Source of the DNA: Stegostoma tigrinum
Lineage: Eukaryota
Assembly (NCBI RefSeq): GCF_030684315.1
Contig: NC_081385.1
Coordinates: forward strand, 12,558,606-12,622,605
Direction of reading: 5' to 3'
DNA: 64,000 nt
Shown here: positions 61,427 to 64,000 of the stretch, piece by piece
How positions within the stretch are numbered: the first letter of the stretch is position 1
How the letters are laid out: each line of letters starts with the position of its first letter
Program-made: the position numbers and the translations under genes
Notes under the pieces: model-generated
The model's input: only the letters and a program-made list of their open reading frames with translations
What the model was told of the DNA's origin: nothing
Databases searched by the model: none

Positions 61427-63286
61427 ACTGATGAAAGGCTGATTGACTCTGTCATGTGATTTCATTGTTTAGGGATTTATGTTTTAGGGGGGAGGATTAG
61501 AACTGACACAAGCAGTGGACCAGTCTCTGCGTTGCTGGATAAAGCTCTGCTGATCACTCTTTTCCTCTGCTGGCACTGCTTCAGAATGCCACAGAAGATG
61601 ACCTCATGGCATTTCAATAGGAGACCATTGTACTGAGAGGAATATTATGTTGTTTCGGGTTTTGTTTTAAAAAATGAATGATTAAAGATTTTATTTCCTT
61701 TTGTGTCTCTGTCTGATCGTTTATCTGAATGTTGAATTTAAACATTGAAGATGGCAAACAGAAGGATTGCAATTCAGAAATAGACTCCCAGTGATAAGCC
61801 TCTGATGTCAACTTTCTGGGTATGTGTAGTTTCTGGCAGTGACTGAATGCTTAACAGAGAATTATCTGGACAGAACTATTTCATTCTCTCGCCGTGTTTT
61901 ATGTCTTCCAGAGTCTTTAAAAAGTAAGGAAGACTGTAAGTGAAATAATTATCTCATAGAATAATTGTCTCATTTCTCCATACTGAAAAAAAAACAAATT
62001 AACCAGAGCAAAATAGCTATTTCAGAAGATGCTGGATTCCTTATACGTCCTTCCAAAATTGCAATGTAAAGTTACTCCAGTACTTACTCTTATAATTGCC
62101 CTTAGTAAGGACCGAAGTCGCTAACAGCTGTAATATTAAAATGTGCACTACACTAAAATTAGTACAAATGACTATGTACTTGCAGATAGAATTATCCATC
62201 ACAAAATAACTTTTAATGGCCAACTTTTAAAAATGTTTCGTTATATTTATTTTCATTGGGACATTCGAAGCATGGTTTTAAAGTTATTTTCTAAAAAGTT
62301 TTCTACAGAATTGACACTGCGCACATAGCTGGTCAGTGCAACGACGAGTCTGCCTCAACTTGGAAACCAGTGATAGATCGTTGTGATTTCACGTGGCTTG
62401 GAATGAAAGTAACACTTGGATGGTGCTTCTCTCTATGCAGCTGCCTCATGGTCATCCAGGAGAACTCCTTCTCTCGCTTTGTCCTTCCCACGGAAACAGA
62501 CCCGAGTAACCTACAGAAGGAATTTTATTTGTGAATCCTTACTGACCAAAAGTAGTTCAGCCATTTTTTTTAAAAAATTCTTTATAGATGAAGTGTTGTC
62601 GTATGTAATTTTGACCATTCGTCTCCGCATGTTTATAAACTTTTAATTTTACAGGAACTGAGAATGCTGGAGAAACTCGGCAGTTCCGCCAGAATCTGTT
62701 GGAAGGGTGACTGGACTTGGAATGTTATTTCGCTGTCCGTAGCTGTTGCCAGACCTGCCGAGTTTCTCTAGCTTTCTCTGTTTTCGTTTCAGATTTCCAA
62801 CATAGTTCTTTGTTTTATTTCATTTTACAGGTCGTCCTGAGTGGATTCTGAATTCCCTAACCAGAAGACAATGTGAGCAACCCACAACCAGGGCACAAAA
62901 CAGTATCTTGGAGAGAAAGCAGTGTTAACAGTTCCAGTACAGTCACCTCTCGGGATGATGCCAGACCTTGGAGAGTTTCTCCAGCAATTGCTTGTTGTGT
63001 TTCAGATTTCCAACAGTTCTTTGATTTATAAAAACAAGGTCCAGGGTGTAATAGTAGTGAGCATATGTGCTTCCCAGAGGAGATCTCCAGTGGTTTAGGA
63101 ACGTTCCCATTCTTTCTCAGTGTCCTAGTCTATTTCCGTCCTAGTTTAACAGCCCCCTCCCTCAGGAATGTCCAGACAGAAACCACGCTCAGCTTCCTGA
63201 GACGGAGTGACCTCAGTCTGCTGCTGGGTCAGGCTGAACAGACCAGTGTGTTTGGTGCTGGGCTTATGTGCTCGCTGACCCCTACA

Positions 63287-63380
63287 ATGGAGGACAAGAC
63301 CATCCCACATGCTTACCCGATGAGTGTAGAGTACGAGAAGGAAACACCGACAGTTATCCACGACCAGAACTTCGGGGAAG
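63287..63380 (+). CDS. HSPB2: HSPB2 (MKBP) coding exon 1; exon 2 beyond window
   Basis: MEDKTIPHAYPMSVEYEKETPTVIHDQNFGE(G) resembles HSPB2 VPHAHP...EYE...QRFGEG. GTTAGT donor, 94 nt. Head-to-head with CRYAB. Confidence 0.9.
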
Positions 63381-64000
63381 GTTAGTTTATTTCGGCTTTT
63401 GACAGTGAAGTTGTGCGTGACCATTGCATCCCTGTCAAGCACAGCTCTGTGTGTTTCAATAGTTTCGAATCCGGGCTGAGTGAATTTCCCAAAAATCCAC
63501 TGCTTGTAGTTGGGGCTACAGTAAACAGCCCTGTGTGTTTTGGAAGGACATGTGAATTCTTAAGTGAATTCGTACTAGTTATAACTTCAAATAGTGCTGC
63601 AGAGACTCAGCAGGTTTAGCAGCATCCGTACTGAGTCCAGTCTGACTTTTCGCGGTATTTACAGGTGATGTTGAACCCTGCTTAACGCGCCCTCTCTGAA
63701 AGTGCAGTGCAGTAGACCATGCATCCAGGAGCTGCTAACCACATCTTCCAGCGTACACTTCTCGCCTTCACCCTACAGCCTTCCGATCTCTGCTTTAAAG
63801 CCAGCACTGTATTCCCTGGACCCCACTATCCTTCAAAAATGATCAGAGCTGTACAGTCTGGAGGTGGCACCGAATGGCCTGACCGACCATCTTCTAACGT
63901 GTGTGTTTGGTGAGGGAGGGATATGTGCGTTTGAAGATCCGCAGAATACAATTCTGGGCCGTCTGTACATAACTGTGTAACTCCCAGGGCCCAGGGACAA

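Noticed and set aside
63065-63286. Upstream in-frame extension of the HSPB2 ORF
   Set aside because: Homology starts at ATG 63287, which has good Kozak context (acaATGG). The upstream part is not HSPB2-like.

Overview
Eukaryotic genomic DNA from a cartilaginous fish. A shark is inferred from HE1-type V-SINEs, CR1/HER1-like LINEs and the shark-type alphaB-crystallin. The window holds the conserved vertebrate block that lies at 11q23.1 in human. Genes reconstructed by hand: ALG9 (minus, coding exons 1-8, rest off the left edge), FDXACB1 (minus, 5 coding exons, ~634 aa), CFAP68/C11orf1 (plus, 3 coding exons, ~234 aa), CRYAB (minus, 3 exons, 169 aa) and coding exon 1 of HSPB2 (plus, head-to-head with CRYAB). 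All exons have GT-AG boundaries and consistent phases. Introns contain many decayed CR1-like LINEs, V-SINE and DeuSINE-like SINEs, a Tx1-like fragment, a solo LTR and many Penelope-like (PLE) derivatives. Most short ORFs in the supplied track are repeat-derived or spurious. Points most worth following up: (1) several families of short, TSD-flanked, often fold-back PLE-derived elements carrying minimal hammerhead-ribozyme cores, one with complete cores on both strands; (2) a perfect 111-bp inverted duplication 18 nt from a FDXACB1 splice donor; (3) a ~110-aa Pro/Cys-rich repeat extension on CFAP68; (4) a candidate upstream FDXACB1 exon that gives either a uORF overlapping the start codon or an alternative hydrophobic N-terminus; (5) a short N-terminal deletion in alphaB-crystallin covering the Ser45 region. 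Comparisons to human or other proteins are from memory and need alignment to confirm.
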